DNA of 64,000 nt from NCBI GenBank assembly GCA_030584085.1, contig CP129490.1, positions 589,511 to 653,510 on the forward strand. The letters are read 5' to 3'. The position numbers and the translations under genes are program-made. Below, piece after piece: positions 63,661 to 64,000 of this stretch. The DNA is from Melioribacteraceae bacterium. Its GTDB lineage: Bacteria; Bacteroidota; Ignavibacteria; Ignavibacteriales; Melioribacteraceae. The notes beneath the pieces are model-generated. The model was not told the origin of the DNA and did not search any database. It saw nothing but the letters and a program-made list of their open reading frames with translations. Positions within the stretch are counted from its first letter, which is position 1. Each line of letters starts with the position of its first letter.

Positions 63661-64000
63661 TAAGTTTTTATTTCAATAAACTTTCCGTAACCAATTTTAC
63701 CAAATGTATTTTTATCTCGATTCATAATCTCTTCACCTCGTAAAAATGTTTGCTTTACTACCGCGTTAAAAGTTATGTTTTCAAAAGGAGTGTACTTTCC
63801 TTTGCTATGCATATTTTCAGCCGAAATAACTTGTGAATTCCATAAATCAATTAATGTAAAATCAGAAGCTTTTTTTTCTGATAATTCACCTTTATCCGTA
63901 AGATTAAAAAACTTTGCAGCATTAGTCGACAACAGTTTGATTGTCTGCTCAAGTGTTAATCTGTTTTTTAGAAAACCCTCACTAAATAAAAAATGAACTC
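63660..64000 (-). CDS. Cyclic amidohydrolase (hydantoinase/dihydropyrimidinase, HyuA-like), C-terminal fragment; gene continues beyond the window
   Basis: The frame stays open to position 64000 (my translation: ...EGFLKNRLTLEQTIKLLSTNAAKFFNLTDKGELSEKKASDFTLIDL...FLRGEEIM...GYGKFIEIKT). This is the typical C-terminal pattern of this family. The track shows only the part from an internal TTG. Confidence 0.55.
   Translation of the reverse strand, partial: VHFLFSEGFLKNRLTLEQTIKLLSTNAAKFFNLTDKGELSEKKASDFTLIDLWNSQVISAENMHSKGKYTPFENITFNAVVKQTFLRGEEIMNRDKNTFGKIGYGKFIEIKT

Noticed and set aside
1-64000. Scan for CRISPR arrays, tRNA/rRNA genes, transposases, integrases, toxin-antitoxin or known defence genes, and in-frame TGA (selenocysteine) in the Mo-enzyme genes
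   Set aside because: None found. Intergenic regions are all shorter than about 280 nt, the only repeats are the short hairpins reported above, and all large ORFs are uninterrupted.

Overview
AT-rich bacterial chromosomal window. I found no rRNA, tRNA, CRISPR array, transposase or integrase. It has four blocks. (1) 1-33.8 kb, all minus strand, is a flagellar/chemotaxis regulon. It holds fliL-fliM-fliN-fliO-fliP-fliQ-fliR-flhB-flhA (flhA runs off the left edge) and flgB-flgC-orf-fliE-fliF-fliG-fliH-fliI-fliJ-(YlxF-like)-fliK-flgD-orf-flgE. It also holds a che operon (HEAT-repeat protein, cheR, two REC proteins, CheZ-like phosphatase, cheA, cheB, small orf), a sensor-less histidine kinase plus sigma-54 activator, fliS-fliD-orf-flgM-like, and two tandem flagellin paralogues. 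(2) 33.8-42.4 kb, minus strand, directly upstream of the flagellins, is a putative flagellin glycosylation island: a GT2-TPR protein, an internally duplicated TPR protein, a 1630-aa fused multi-glycosyltransferase and UDP-galactopyranose mutase. (3) 42.5-47.1 kb holds an orphan 594-aa membrane coiled-coil protein, then a TonB-C-domain protein and a methyl-accepting chemotaxis protein on the plus strand. (4) 47.2-64 kb is a purine/urate catabolism cluster of the E. coli ygeW-xdhD type. It encodes XdhA/XdhB/XdhC, YgfK-like and XdhD-like proteins on the plus strand. On the minus strand are MocA-like, a threonine-synthase-like PLP enzyme, YgeW-like, YgeY-like, SsnA-like and a partial hydantoinase-like gene. 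Its intergenic gaps carry small hairpin (REP-like) repeats. Promoter-like motifs suggest a sigma-54 / sigma-28 flagellar hierarchy, but the sigma-54-like sites all lack the canonical -12 C. Nothing here resembles a known defence or mobile system. The most unusual parts are the flagellin-linked mega-glycosyltransferase island, the auxiliary che genes (HEAT protein, CheZ-like), the very long FliK, and the repeat-punctuated purine cluster. Taxonomy (possibly FCB-group/Ignavibacteria-like) is a low-confidence guess from base composition, gene content and repeat style. All calls come from reading the ORF translations and sequence by eye; no searches were run.
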